This document shows, one piece after another, positions 1 through 14,500 of a stretch of DNA of 64,000 nt. The position numbers and the translations under genes are program-made. The notes under the pieces were generated by a model. That model saw only the letters and a list, made by a program, of their open reading frames with translations. It searched no databases and was not told where the DNA came from. How positions within the stretch are numbered: position 1 is the stretch's first letter; each line of letters opens with the position of its first letter. This DNA comes from Catajapyx aquilonaris (Eukaryota), in contig KZ538058.1 in the NCBI GenBank assembly GCA_000934665.2, positions 62,001 to 126,000 of the forward strand. Direction: 5' to 3'.

Positions 1-64
1 ACATGGACACCTTTAATGCAGTAGTATTAGTACATATTAATACATCATCATCGTAGTGGTCCAT

Positions 65-66
<2 letters not shown>

Positions 67-102
<36 letters not shown>

Positions 103-115
103 ATTATTATTATTA
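67..115. repeat. (GTT)n/(ATT)n compound microsatellite
   Basis: Direct run of gtt triplets followed by att triplets. Confidence 0.9.
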
Positions 116-3100
116 CGTCCAACAGCATCTCTAGATTATATCTGATGTCACCTCAGCATCATCACTGCAAGCTATATGGACCAATTACTGAGAAAGTAGT
201 CTTGTCTAAGTAATGCTACCTTCGAGTTAGCAAAAACTATGGTCCACATGATAGAAGGAATTTTTATTCTGAACAGTCACAGCACGAATGAGACGTTGAA
301 AAAAATTTATTATAGAGATACTTCAATTCGCCCGAATGTTTGTGCCTGACAAACAAGCATACAGTACCTATATTTCCAGGTATAAGTGATTTCATTCTGT
401 TGCTCCCACTTGTTGAAAACTAATGCAATTGCGAAATATTCACAAGAACTAACCCCCTAATATTTGCTTAAATCCCAAAGTAGTTAGCGCAAAAAAAAAA
501 AGCACGCTTCCTGTAAGTCACATTGGAATCCACTCTGCCAGGAAACCCAAGTTGTTATAAAATGGCTTTTATGTGCACCGAGTGGTAAAAGTCTGAGAAA
601 CTCGTCCTGTTTCACGGAATACAGCCATGTCTTGGAGACGCCACCTCAACATTTGCCGTGGTTTTGCCTCCCCTTCCGTCAGAGGCTATATTCTCTCCGC
701 TCAATAAGCGAGCTTCAGCAGAAATTCTCACAAAGTGGTTTATAAACAGGCCCTAATTTCTTTTTAAATCCTCCGACTAATCGGCAACGACAGCTGAAAT
801 ATTCTCAGCATTATTCCGATGTCTTAAAACAGTAAGTATCAATTAATCGTACGAGCCCGTACTAACCATGCATAATACCAAGATAATACTCATGTGATAA
901 TCACAGGTGTAAATAAATGTATTCATCACTAAACGTTGCACAAAAAAAAACTCCGAATTTTAAAGACACAGAATCAATTTCGTATGAGAAGCAGTTAATG
1001 GAGGCGATTAAGAAAGTTTTTCCCATGTGTTTGGCTGGGAAACTCTTCCATATAAATGAGATCGAAATGTTATATGGTCTATATCCTTTAGGGAAAAAAT
1101 TTGTCTCGCAAGCAACATGATCAAGAACTAGGAAGCAACTGGTTGTTCGTGTCAAGAAAGAGACGGATTTCTTGTCACTTGGATTTCGTCGAATGCTTCC
1201 CTGGCCACATGGAGTTTTTTTTTTTTTTCGCAAACTATTTGACGAATAGCACAAGATATTGAACAGTTTTAAATCACTACCTATAGCTAGCAGGGCCATA
1301 AATCGTATTAGTAATCACTGCTTGTATGGTTATTATTGGCATAAACATGTGGATGAGGGGGGTTTCGAACCACCCTGTGTAATGTAAAATCCTTGTCATT
1401 AGCTATCAAGTCGGCTTAAAAGTAAAGCTTTTAATAACAATATAGTTAATGGCAATTTATCTTGCCCAATCTCTGTGACGTTAACTCATATTAATACGTC
1501 AAATCCTCCTTATAAGCTCAAAATATTTTGCTTCGAAATGAGCAAGAATATCAATTACGCCAATACCAGATGTTTTCCTATTTCTACCACCCTACACATA
1601 TCAATCTCTAGATTAAAAATTTTCTCTACAATTTCCCCGCATGATTTTATGGATTCCATTCACATACCTGAACCATGTCTAATAGGTGCTGAATAAACCT
1701 GTTCAGTGGGCAATGTAGAACAATGCACAACAAAGGCGACAAGGTCATTTCATCCAGCCAGCAGAGAGCACTTTTTCTGCAGTAGTAATCTCAACTAGGA
1801 ACAGATTTCCGCTTCATGCTACACTCACTGGACAACTACTGAACAACTGAGCAATAAAAGGTATGGCAGGGTATGAACCTGCTAAGAGGTGATCCACACA
1901 AACGGGACAGAAACTAAAACACTGGCTGAAGAAGTTCAATATTTTTGTGTACTGAGTCAACAAATAGTGGGTACTTTTTTCCCTCGAAAGTTTGTGCAGT
2001 TTAACATGTCAGCCGCTGGCGGCGGCAGCATTGACTTGCGCAAATATTTCCATTCCTGACGTATCGTTAGTGTCATCATTCAAATGGCGACCAATCTCTT
2101 CCTGCTCTTGCAAATCTGTGCCTATACGCCTTTACATCAAGCCTCGGAATATGAAGAGGTACTGCATGCGCACTAAGTAATACTTGGCAAATGTAAGACT
2201 AATTACGAGAAACTAATACCCCAACCTCCCTCACCACCCCACTCCACCTTCCCTAGTTGGGGGACGTCTCAAGGTGTTTTTCAAATATGCAGTATAGCAG
2301 CGCATGCAAGTCATGCAGAAACTTCTGGGTGACTCCAGTACTATACAGCTAACTCCCTCGAATTGCAGAATTTGCACCCCTTCTGGTCACATGAAATGAA
2401 TCAGACATTGAGAAACAGCAAGACAGTCACTGAATCACTAGTAGAGTAGTAGAGATATCAATGTTGCATTTCATTGCCTTCAATCACACAGAATTTCAGT
2501 AAAATGTAATTGCGCTAGCCACTACACGTAATTAGAGAGAAAAAAATATCCAGTTTTACACTAACGTACAAAAAATCTTAATAGTTTATTTTCCTTCGCT
2601 CTCTGATAAGGCAGTTTAATGGCCTGTAACATTTACTAGAAAATTCTTTGCATCCTCTGGGCAATATCATCGCACATTTTTTTAAATATCAGAGTAGCTT
2701 ATATCCGGTATCCTTCCGGATTTGCACCGAAAAAAAAATCAGACCATAAAAGAAGTCTCAAACCATCATATCTTCGAATTCTAAATGCCAGGTCACCATG
2801 TGGTGGTAACATATTCTGCACATTACTAGCAAAAATTAATACTAACAGGCTGTAGCAAGGCTTCCTTAAATTGGGCTGCATCAACATGGCCTATTATTCG
2901 AACTTCTCCGTGAAGCTAATATCACTTTTTGCTCGTTAGTGTGAGCACGACATATCATAATGGACAGATAAGGATGCAAAATCAGGCGACAAAGCCACCA
3001 TGAGAATGCCCTCTGCGTAACTGTATTACAAGCACAATTTATATGTATACTGTAGGGCTTTCAATCAATATCTGGTAGAAGTTATTACACATGACCATAA

Positions 3101-5912
3101 ATTATTTCGTCTGGTTATAAATATTTCTGGAGTCTTGTGAAGTACACTACACATGGTTTGTAATCAACAGCCTCCTGTATTTTCATATATCTAATTAATG
3201 AAACACAGAATCATGATGATGAAAAGTAATTTGAGACATGCGTTAGTGATATTGTTAGTGTGGTACTTATGAAGACAATCACGTCACTTACATTTACATA
3301 ATTTTTGCAGTACTCTACAGTCTACACTATGACAAATAATTTCATGAAAACCTGCCACATACCAAACATGGCAGAGTAACTCTATGACAGTACACACTAA
3401 TCTTGGATTGCTCGAACACTGCACACTAGTAATTGTAAATTCTATAAATTCGCGTATATTATGCATAAATATCATGATCTGGCTGTTTAACTCCTATTGC
3501 AAATTTGCATACATGAAACCTGAAGGATAAAAAATTGGCCATACCTAATGTACTGTATACCCAACTGAGATAATAAGTGTTGTACCTGAGCTTACTCAAT
3601 TATAACAATTTATTATTAGGTCTAATATTATCCACATACAATGGGATGCCATCATTAGGGCCACCCTAAGAAAATCAGTGGCTGTGCCATAGAGTAGAAA
3701 TGGGCTCAATGATGATCTGCTCAATGCAGTGAATTTGCTTAAATATGCACTGCTGTGCAGTAAGTTTCTATTCTCAATGTAATTTCTCTTTCCAAATATG
3801 GTGGGTTGAGGTTCTGCACAAGGTCATAACCCTGTACAAAACAGTGTTGCCTCCGGAAGGGGCCTTTTCTTTAATTTTTTCTGCATGTGACACTAATGAT
3901 GCTAAGATGATCTGGCAAAGCAGCAGGGTGTGACGTGGGTGTCTAAAGGCATCAATTATTGGTAATTTTATTTCCTTCCTTTATGTCTATCCTGCAATGT
4001 GTAATATTTACTTGCACCACATGTGCACCACTACCGTCACCATTTCCCAATAATATAAATTAAAGTTTTCAAATAATTTGCATGGTATACAGTTAATTAT
4101 TAGTACAGGTATGCAATTAAATAAAGCCATAACCTTGGCCATAACAGTACATGCATGAATTAATGTAATATTTCAAACTTGCAACAAATTCATACCAGCA
4201 ACAGAACTGTAGCAATATGAGAGGGCAGGTTATAATTAAAAGCACACAAAAAACTATATGAAAAAACGAATGCAGGGAAATAACAAGCATGTGGAAAGGA
4301 AGGAGGGTGCCCCGTGGTACTGAAGACCAAACTATAGTCTGGTTCCACAATGATCAAGATATGGCAATATGATATGACAATATACTGTACAGTTAATTAC
4401 ATACATATTGTGCTACCCTGTAGATAGTAGCAGGTTGTCCCATATGCTACACTACACCCTAAGCTCATCTCATATTTCATACATGATATTCACTATACTG
4501 TAGGTACTGTATGACTTAAAAAGATGGACGTGATTTTTGCATTTGGTTTCAAAGCAAAATCGGCTCCATCTTTTTGAGCAGTCCAGTACATCAGTTACAG
4601 TAAATACATTAGAGCAAGTACTTTATGGCATACCCCCCACTTCAATCCTTTCACGAGTCCTTTCACACTGCCTTTAGCAATGAGCCAATGACAAGTTCCT
4701 ATAAAAACAGGATGACACCCAGGTAGATCAAGAGCAATGCCAAAATCCCAATAGGTAAAATACCATGCTATTAAAATGAATCAGTAGTTTCCAATAATGT
4801 TAAGGTCATTGTTATTTCTCTGCAGCAGTCACAGCCTACAAAATGACTAACATCCTCAAGTAGCTACGGGTGACCCCTGATATAAGGCAGATGTTTATGG
4901 TGGATAAATAGTGGAATAAATTGCCCATCAGATTAATTTGCTCTTTTTATACTTCATCAAGTCCTACATAACCTGTCAGTCCAAAACAACATGGTATTGT
5001 TGTAATACCATGGTATGTCTCAACGAGTGCCCTTCAAAAGGGGGCAATAACATACCCCTGGCAAGTGAATAATCCAGTCTTAGCTCTCGCAGGACAAGAA
5101 ATAAGAATATGTATCCCCCCAGACACATATTTACATACCGGTAGACTTAAAATAATGCAGTTGCATTAAGCATTACCAAAACTGATGCAAGCAAACGGGC
5201 CAAGTGGCCTGGGGCAAGCTTAAACATGGTACAAGTTGGATTCGTCAGCCTCGATATGTCAGTACTAATAGCGTCCCTACCTTTTGCACTCAGCACAGCT
5301 ACGCCTTTGGTGACAAATGGGATTACAGTGGTCCAATGTACTTGCGCCTTGAAATAATGGATCCTCGTTACCAGTCTGATTGCATAAAGCTTACAGGGCA
5401 ACTGCTAGCAGTTAACCACTACGTGCTGCCCAATTTACAGCACAGCAATGGGAAAGTATCTTTAAAAGGCCACAATGCACGACTAAGAACATTTTGTCTT
5501 ATATGAGTCAACAATTATTAATCGCCACCATATTCATTCTGTGTTCACACCAACAGTTCCTGAATTCTCTACCTGGATTAGCATTAGGAACTGTAGGTAA
5601 GCCATCAGACATGTGTGCGACCAAGTCTAGGTCGGTTACCATACAATGATAAGACATCGAGTAGGGATTTAACCTCGTTATTAACAGCTCCGAGTCCTAG
5701 TCTGGGACTCGCTTACCATCGTAGTTAATCCACGGGTAAGTTACGCCTTCCGCCCCAACGAGGAGCCCAGTCGCCAACTATACGCAAGTCAATCCGCCAG
5801 TGGTGGTACAACCTGCGACTTAAATCACACACGTTATTATCTGAACATGACATACCAAATGGTCAGTGACCAGTCGGAACCAATCGTAGACTAGAACATT
5901 ATTCCTTCTTAC

Positions 5913-5941
5913 CTGCTCCTCTCCAGCATGTTGGTCTCCAT
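5913..5941 (-). CDS. Putative first coding exon (METNMLERS-) of an unidentified gene extending off the left edge
   Basis: Minus-strand ATG at 5941, then ATG GAG ACC AAC ATG CTG GAG AGG AGC AG and a consensus donor gtaag at 5912. It lies just downstream of a GC-rich, promoter-like island. No further exon was recognised in 1-5900. Confidence 0.3.
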
Positions 5942-6099
5942 TCGAGTCCGTGCTGGGGCCTTGTATAATTATAATCCAGGCCTAGTCCACCTTATTCTTT
6001 TTTGAACACCACAAAAAAAAAAAAAAACACAAAACCACCGGATCACACTAAAACTGATATCCCACTTTCTTCGTGGGGGGAAATGAAAGAAGCACCACG

Positions 6100-6560
6100 T
6101 TAGTCCGTAGGGGGTAGAGAAGGGAACCGGGCACCACCACCGGGCACTGCCTCCTTCCACCTGGCCCCGGGGCCGGGCTGGATCAGTCTGCTTCTGCAGG
6201 GCCTCCTCATCTGGACTGTGTTCGAGGCCGCCCAGTGCCGACGATGAGTACAACAGGAGGAGGAGGAGGCCACGAAAATGCCGCGCACAATAAAAAGTCA
6301 GTCACCTCCTCATTAGGCCTAGGAGCGCCAGTGCGCGACATTACAGGGAGGCTGGGGGAAGGCGGCGGGCAGGGCACAGGGAGAGGGAAGGGAACACAGA
6401 GGGAGAGACTGCTCAGCGGGGAGGGGGGAAACCTTTTTTTTTTTTTTTTGAAAGGTAAGTATAGTGGACCCTGTTTTGAGGGAAACGTGTGACGTCACAC
6501 GATCTAATTCGGGAATTGTCGGGTTCTTCCGGAACACGAGGGGGATTTCGAACATAAGCA
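6100..6560. promoter_or_regulatory. GC-rich promoter-like island with perfect CRE palindrome
   Basis: Abrupt GC/CpG enrichment against an AT-rich background; tgtgacgtcaca at 6488-6499; ttccggaa near 6527. Confidence 0.45.
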
Positions 6561-6904
6561 ACTGGACAATATTGTAATAAAAGAGACATATTCAGGGTGA
6601 AATTACATGCATTTTTTAATGTATCAAGTACATGACAGATACACACACACAAAAAAAAAATTGATTGAAGGCAGTGGTGATTGTTTCTCCATTTTTGAAC
6701 GTTTCCACTTTTTAAATGCGCAGCAACCTGTCTTTTCAAAATCTGTCAAGTTTATTGTCGAGTGAAAAAATTCATTTACAATACATTGATACATAAGCAT
6801 TGGTGATGGTAATACCTATGGCATGTGCAAACTTTTTTTTTTTGAAAGAACCCAAGTACAGCCTGGTACAACTTACCGTTGGTATAACATGCAACATGCT
6901 GTTA

Positions 6905-7663
6905 CAGGGGTTCGAAATCAAGGGGGTAATCACTTCGGTACTCCGGTGTACACCTGGGAGTGGTACTCCCAGGTACTCCTCAGGCACCTCACTCTTTATT
7001 ACTCTGTGGTACTCCTTGAATTTAGTACTCCAGTGTACACTTTTCAGTCGAGTGATTACCCCCTTGCCTTGGTCGAAATATTCGGATGCAAAGGTGCAAT
7101 TTGCACTCCAAACTAACACTTGGGAGTGCAACATGTCGACGCCTAAGGATTATATTGTCGTATCTCGTATGTTTTAACATACGACATACGACAATATAAT
7201 CCTAGACGTCGATGTGCACTCCACTCTCTAAATACTTTTTGAGTGAAATATTATTATTGGGTCTACAAGAGTCGAGGGGGAAGAGGATGAGGAGAGAAAG
7301 GATTTCACTCAAAAATTGAGCACTTTCGAAAAATGCTATTTTTGAGCGAATTTCCCTTGGCAAAGATTTACTTTAGCTCAATTCAAGTGGAATATTACTC
7401 AAAATAAGAGTGAAAATCAGTGAAAGACGAACTCTTTTAGTGATTGAAATGATTGCACATTCTGAGTGAAAATCACTCAATAGATAAAGTGATTTTCACT
7501 CTCAACGAGTGGAAAAATATAGAGTGCACAGTTAGTCCTGCTTTTAAACATTAATACACCCTGTAATTAAAAATTATGCACTCCAAGTAAGTAATGCACT
7601 CCATGTGAAAGTTTGGAGTGCAAACTTTGCATATGGACAAAAAAATTTAAGATTCGACCCCTG
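6905..7663. mobile_element. Nested cluster of non-autonomous DNA-transposon (MITE-like) remnants
   Basis: Outer inverted termini caggggttcgaaatc (6905) / gattcgacccctg (to 7663). Internal near-perfect hairpin at about 7135-7212. Internal element bounded by gtgcactc (7214) / gagtgcac (7529), rich in cactc/gagtg motifs. Confidence 0.55.
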
Positions 7664-8448
7664 CCGTTAGGTAGTAGCACCACATTTTTAATTACATTGT
7701 AATGACTACAGGTTCTTCGGTGACCAGTCCAGTTTCATAATTATCATTTCCTGCCATTTATAACTTCCTCTAAGTTGCGAACCGTATGTGCTTGTCACCT
7801 TCAGGACCAATTTGACAAGCATGCTATAAATTTAGGGAAAGCGCTTACAGGATATCTTTTATACATAGAAATGTGACAAGGAAAAGCAGATTGTAAAGCA
7901 CAGCATTCTGCTTGAATAATATGCCAGGACCTAATTTTTCAGAAGATAATTCGGTGACACATCAAAAAATTCACATACAATTTTATTGACATTAACATGT
8001 TCACTTTAAAAAAAAAAAAACTTGGACCTAATTCTCATGTAAATTAAGTGTAAAGCTTACAAATATTTCACACAATAAAAATTGTCTTCAAAATTTGCAA
8101 ACGCCTCATTCTTATACATTTCATAAAATACATTCTGTGTGCTCAAAGAAATACCTGAGTAAATATACACCAATCTATTGTATTTAAAAATTATTTCCAA
8201 CATTTACAAAACATTAAGTACAATATGCTGAATACTATACATATACCTCGGGTTATTATCCACATTATTTAACAAAAAAAGCGTTTAAAAAGTCTCACAT
8301 TTTGGTAGCATTCCTAACTACAACCCACAAAACATGACAATAATATTGAATTCCTGTGAAATTTAAATAAATAAATATTTCTGCCTCTGTATATTATATA
8401 AATAATATTAAAGTTAGCCTCACAATATCTTTGACCACTAGATGACTC

Positions 8449-11400
8449 CTATTCTTTAGGCTCTACGACCTCTATCGGAAAGTTAACAAGCTGCCAGGCC
8501 AGGATCCTGCAAACAAAACAAAATGCAAAAGAAAAAGAAAAATAACAATACCAAATTAAAGCCTCTGCCAAAATGATTCAAGAATCCCCAACAAATAGTA
8601 TCACAGCAAATAATTCCAAATAATACTTCAAAGTTAATACAACAAAAATCTGGGATGTATTCAACTTCAGGTCCTGCATAATATCATTATATTTTAAGCT
8701 TTTGCCTGTTTTTACCTATTACTGAACTCGCTGCCAGGTTGACCATCACCGTCTGTCCCACTTTCATCCGGTGGACTGACTTCAACCTCGACTCCTTCAT
8801 CTATCACATCTTCTTGTAGATTCTGATTGACTGCGGTAGTGTCACCCTCTTGGTTTTGTCCAGGAGGACTGAATGTGCTCCACCAGCTCGACAAAGCCCC
8901 TTTGGCCTGGGACAATGCACCACCTTTGTTTCGAAAAATATGCATGAAAATTGCCTTGAGTAACAAAGTACTCTAAATTGTTCCAATAGTCATTGACCAA
9001 TTTCTTACCAACTGCTTTGCTGGTTTGCGCCACAGCTCTACCTGTGGATGCAACTGCTTGGTTGATTTTCCGACCCCCTTCAGTTGTTTGCATTGCACTA
9101 AGGTGTAAGGATTTGATTAGCTTCAGCATCAGGTTATGCAATGAAAAGACTGAAATACTTATAAAATGGTGGCATGCAATAAATTTTGAAAGCAATACTT
9201 TACACTCCACATATGATTACTTTGCTGTGGAAGTACCTCTCACCAGAATAAAAATCATGTACAATTAAATACATAATTGGCTGGCAGGAGGAAATGGGTG
9301 GTACTTCCACTGCAAGGTAAGCTTAGACAAAGTTTTTCTATATAATGCAAAGCAAGTTATGAGCCACTCTTTCTGTATACTCACTGTGACAGTCTAAGTT
9401 TCATATCAGCCATAGACAGTTGCCCTGCGAAGGGATGACCTGGATTTACTTCCAAAATGCCCTTGTTGTCAGCAGCACTCCACATCTTGTAGTTGTGAGT
9501 ACCTTTCCAAGCAGTCACAAAACTGCTGTTGAAATGCTCCAGCTCACGACTTCCCTCTGTTTGATACAGGAATATTTTAAGAGCTGGAACTCACTCTGTG
9601 AGCAGGTTAAGACATACCTTGAAGCATGGATGTCCTGAGCAGGGAAAGCAAGTACAATTTGAACTGAATTCGAATCCATTCATCTCCTCCTTCCCAACCA
9701 ACGCCATCAAGAAATATGTCATGCTTTTCTTCAGCTACATGTTTGACTATGTAATCAGCAAAGCGAAGGTCTTCAGTTGATAGTTGCAGTTGCCGTTTTA
9801 GCTCAGCATTCAGGATCTCCACTCGGGCAAAGTCAATCTGGAAAAGAAGTAGAACATGAGAACAAAATAAGTATAAACTGCCTGGAATTTGCAATAAAAA
9901 TGACTTCTTCCTGACTGTGCAACCCATGGTGCAACCAGTAGGTGAAAAAATGTCACTGCATCTAATTCTGACCCAATCACACACAAGAGTTCCTGCACAA
10001 GTAGGTAAACACCAAATTAAATGTAAATTAGTCAGGTAATATTAATTTGAATTTTTAAAATTTACAGCTAGGTTAGTGACTCTGAAACATGAATCAAGCA
10101 AAGTCTGTTCTGCAAAAAAACAAAAAAACTCGAAATGTATGTTTCTGTTATATGCTAAAGATATAGATTGGAACTCTATGCTGCGACCAACAAAAAGTCA
10201 CGTAATGAGCAACTTGCCACTGCAGCCAGGGCAGGTTACTAACAGGTTTCAGGTAATCGAGTGGTTCAATCCCCATGTCAGACCGAGATCTTTCTCATAG
10301 GAAAGAGTTTCAACAAGTTCTCTTTGTGTTTGTATGGGTTTTCTTGGGGTTCTCCTATTTCCACTCACTATCAAAATCCATCAGCAGGTTGAAGATTTAA
10401 TGAAGTCAGGAATTGAATAGAGGGTCCCCTAAAACAGGCCACCAGGCCTGTCACAGGGTAGCCAATTATTATTATTATTATTTAAGTCATGTGAAAACTA
10501 AATCTCAGATATTTTGCTCTGCTTTCACCACCCATCACTTAATTTGCATCCAACCTAATTACACAAAATAACCCCAGAATAATGGATCTCAAGCAGGCAT
10601 TATGGGATCAATAGTGTTTGTTCTAACTGAATATATTGCTTGTAACAGTTATTTATTTTTTCCCATCAAAGTACAGTTAATTTTTAAGTAGCTACTTCAG
10701 AACAGCAACTTTTCAAAGTTATCAAAAGTATTGCCTGATAACAATAGGTCAAATGGGTGTATCCTTTTAAACTCACGCAGGAAGATATGTAAAAGGTCCA
10801 ACCAGATGCCAGTGGTTTAAAAAGTGCAACTCGCCATTAATAACCCCTCAAGGGCCTGAATGGACACTTCCATTCATAACACTAGCAGCTATTTGATAAC
10901 CACAATCAACTCCTTTATAACAAGCAGCTTAGGATTTTTAAAAATCACTAACCACTCAAGACATTACAACCAGCACACACTGTACATATTTCAAGTGGTG
11001 AGACAGACGATCAGAGAAGATAAAGGCCTAGTTGAATTGTCTCAGTCATGTTACCAGTAAAGTTTGTCATTGTTGACAGCATTGTTGACAACTATGAATT
11101 ACAAATGTTTCTGGTTATTTTCCAGCTGGAAATGATTTCTGGAGGCAGTGCAACCTACGTGAACATGCCAATAATAATCTGCAAATATCTTCCTTTGGGG
11201 AGGCGGAGTGGTGCTGCGGTAACGTATGCGCCCACGGATGTTAAGGTACCGGGTTCGATCCCAACCCGGGGACACCCCCTTCATCTCGTGCAGAGTTCAG
11301 GGTCACCTCTGGCTTCGTCTCGGGTGATATTTCCACAGACTAAACCACCCGGGGGAGATCACTAAAAATGGCCGCATTAAGACATTGCACTGCACCTTGC

Positions 11401-11521
11401 ACATCCCCTCCTGTCATCCTGCCCGTGGGCCCGGGCTTTACGTATAAGGGCTCCAATGTACTTAACATAATAAATAAAGGTCCGTGCTGCATACCTCAGA
11501 TGAGGTCAAGCGCTACCCCGG

Positions 11522-11592
<71 letters not shown>

Positions 11593-14500
11593 CTTCCTTT
11601 ATTATGACAGAAACATGGACTCTTATGAAACCATCCACCAGTGGAATACTTTGGTCATTCATAAATGTTCGCAGGACATTGTAATACTCATACAATGTAT
11701 TCCATAATGCATGCTATGTTATGTTCCCTGAAAATCCTGGTTTTCCTATCCTGATCCTCAGAGAACCCCAAAATTCAATGTACCAATGCTTGGATACAAT
11801 TGGGCCACAGAATTTTACAGCAGTTGACAAGATGCCACAGGTTTTTAGGAAGTTTCGTGGTTATCATGTACACATTTTCAGAAGGTGACAGAGAAAACAA
11901 CTGGTCAAATCATGCAGACTTACAAGTTATAGTGATGGTAAGAAGCTCTAAGAAACCATTCAAAATAATCTGATGGCAAACACTGAAAGGTGCCAAATGA
12001 GTCCCCAACAAGGCAATTTCAGGTTATTAACCCTCAGACGGTGACGTGCGAAATGTTCGCTCCCCGGTGACGTGGGCACTTTTTGTGACCAAGCCATATT
12101 TTTTGTTATATCTGGCGAAATATAGCACATTCGGGCTTCACCTTTGTGACAATCATAGTGTGATTCCTTCTACGACAAATAGCGTTTAGTTTACATTTTT
12201 TGAGAAAATAGTGCGATCAGAAAAAAATTCGGAAAGAAAATCAGTCGGGGCCAACTCCCGCGGGTAGGGGGATTCCACCCCTTGGCGGCCTGAGATGCCA
12301 CCGGGAGCCGCCAGACCGGACCTTGGTCAGTGCCCAACTACGCATTGCCGCCTAATTTATTTTTTCCTGGTCGCGCTCTTTGCTCAAAAAATTTAAACTA
12401 AACATCATTCATCACAGAAATAGCCAAACGAAAATGTTCTCAAAGATGAATCTCGAATGTCCTAAATTTGCCAAGTTATAGCAAAAAAAGGGTCGTTGGT
12501 CACAAAAAGTGCCCACGTCACCGTCCGAGGGTTAAAAGTTACTTTATAGTCCTCCGATGTTAGAAAGAGATAAATACCATACACATTATCATCCTAATTA
12601 AGCCAACCTCGACAGGTTCAAAATAATGGTTTGATAAAAATACAACTTCCACCACTAGCAAAATCATTTAAAACTTCACTTACTTCCACAACTACATCAG
12701 CGACATTCTTCTTCTGCTTGAATAGAACGTTGGTAGCACCAATGACGTATCCCCTGACTTCAACATCACTCAGTAGATCCAAGTAAGGTAGTGACAAGTA
12801 TGGGTGGCACAAGTAGCCCTGTTTAGCGAAAGATATTAACTTAAAATTTGTGCTAAAATTTTAGTCTGGTTGTATTTTAATATTATACTGTACATATTCC
12901 TTAAGTTGCATTCATGCAAGAGGGCCTAAGTCTAAGTGATATGTCAGTACCTTAGTAAAGATGGCCAACGGAAGCGAGCAGTCTTCTGGAGTGAGTTGCA
13001 TGACAGAGTTTATGTTTGGTAGCACTTCCCTCTCCATACCGTCCTCCATTTTGTCACTCTCAATGCTGCCCACCTGGGAAGCATTGCTGGGTGGTGGTGG
13101 TTCCTCGGGGCTCATTCCTTCCTTTCCAGACCAGTAGTTGAAAGCTCCTGACAGCCTGCCCTTGAATGCACTCACTTTAGAGGTCAAGTTGGACAAGCTT
13201 TCTGATGTAGTCATAGCTGCCTTGAGGGAACCATTAGAGGAGAGACTCGCATGACTCCCAAATCCATCTTCGGCCTCTTCAGGTTTGGCATCGTTTATTT
13301 CCGAAGATGTCTTTTCCTCAGGTACCTTTTCAATATTGGAATCTGCTTGTGGACTTTGAACCTCATTTGGCAACTGTTCTGAGCCTTCAGACTCAGAGCT
13401 GAACTGAGGAACTGGGGACATTGGTCGAGAAGGCCTGAAGAGAACAGGGATTTTTAGCATTGTGGTTTGCAGGGAACCTCATTACATTCTGACCCATTCA
13501 AAAAAGACCTACTTACTTGACACATGCAGACTCGGTGAGTCCAGATTCTATCAGCCCAGGAAAAGCAGACAGAAGTGACAAAACTGTGGCACACAGCTGC
13601 CAGACAGGTGACTTGAAAAAAAGGACTCGCTTCTCTAAGAGGATAAGCTTGAATAAAAGCAGTGCCTTGTGCCTAAATTGTAGAATCAGGTCCCTCAGAG
13701 ATAACCCTAGTTAAAAGACAGCATGGGTTGGTTAACACACAAATGTGTCACTTCAATGAGGAACAAAGCAAGCTTACCAACAAATATTTCTGGTGTGTTC
13801 ATCATAGTCTGACTAAGACAGTTGTTCAGGTTGTCAAAAGTTTCCTGAAGAAGGGAAACCTTGCTGAAGTCCCCTTCCTTGAAGTAGGCATGAGTTATGA
13901 GAGACATCTTCACTTGGATGTGACCATAGAGTGGCACACTGCTCAAGACACAAACTGACTTCTGAACAGTGCTCCTTGTTATATCAGCAGTTTTGTTGAC
14001 TAGTTTCTGAAAAAAAGATTGCACTATATTATATTTTATCGGCAAAAGCACAAAAATCTCCCCAAGTTACCATTTGAATGCTTTCATGAAGGGCAGTTGT
14101 CATTTTTAAGCTTCAATCTACTTCTCCAATCCATAAATATTAATGTAATAAACTTATTAATGTGTATCACTGGATTTCACCACTTTTATCATGTGTTAAA
14201 ATAATTTTCTTTGACACTTCATCTTCTTATCTTATACAAATTCTCACCTCAGCATCAATTTGTCTAAAGCAGGACACTCCAAAGATGGTTTGCTTAGGGT
14301 TTGTGAGACTTGGTAAGTGGAAATACACTGTGTCTTCTTCATAGTTGTGAGACCCGTCAGGCAGAGCAAGAGTCGGCAGGTATTTCCAAGCTGAGGGGCA
14401 CTCTGTGGAGTCACCAACAGAACCAGGAACTAGCGGTGGGTATGAATATTCCACCTGAAATGCAGCATATCATAATCATTAAATACAAGCCTTTACATGC

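Noticed and set aside
901..1299. 132-aa and other short ORFs in 1-5500
   Set aside because: No recognisable domains or convincing splice context; likely intronic or decayed repeat sequence.
6905..7663. Regularly recurring short motifs resembling an array
   Set aside because: No constant repeat-spacer period and the context is eukaryotic; explained as MITE internal repeats, not CRISPR.
11197..11275. tRNA-like sequences here and at about 23860-23935 and 58240-58280
   Set aside because: They continue into SINE bodies with tails or TSDs, and I could not fold a complete cloverleaf; called SINE heads, not tRNA genes.
11368..11695. ORFs with poly-Tyr, poly-Leu and poly-Asn
   Set aside because: Translations of the SINE (ATT)n tail.
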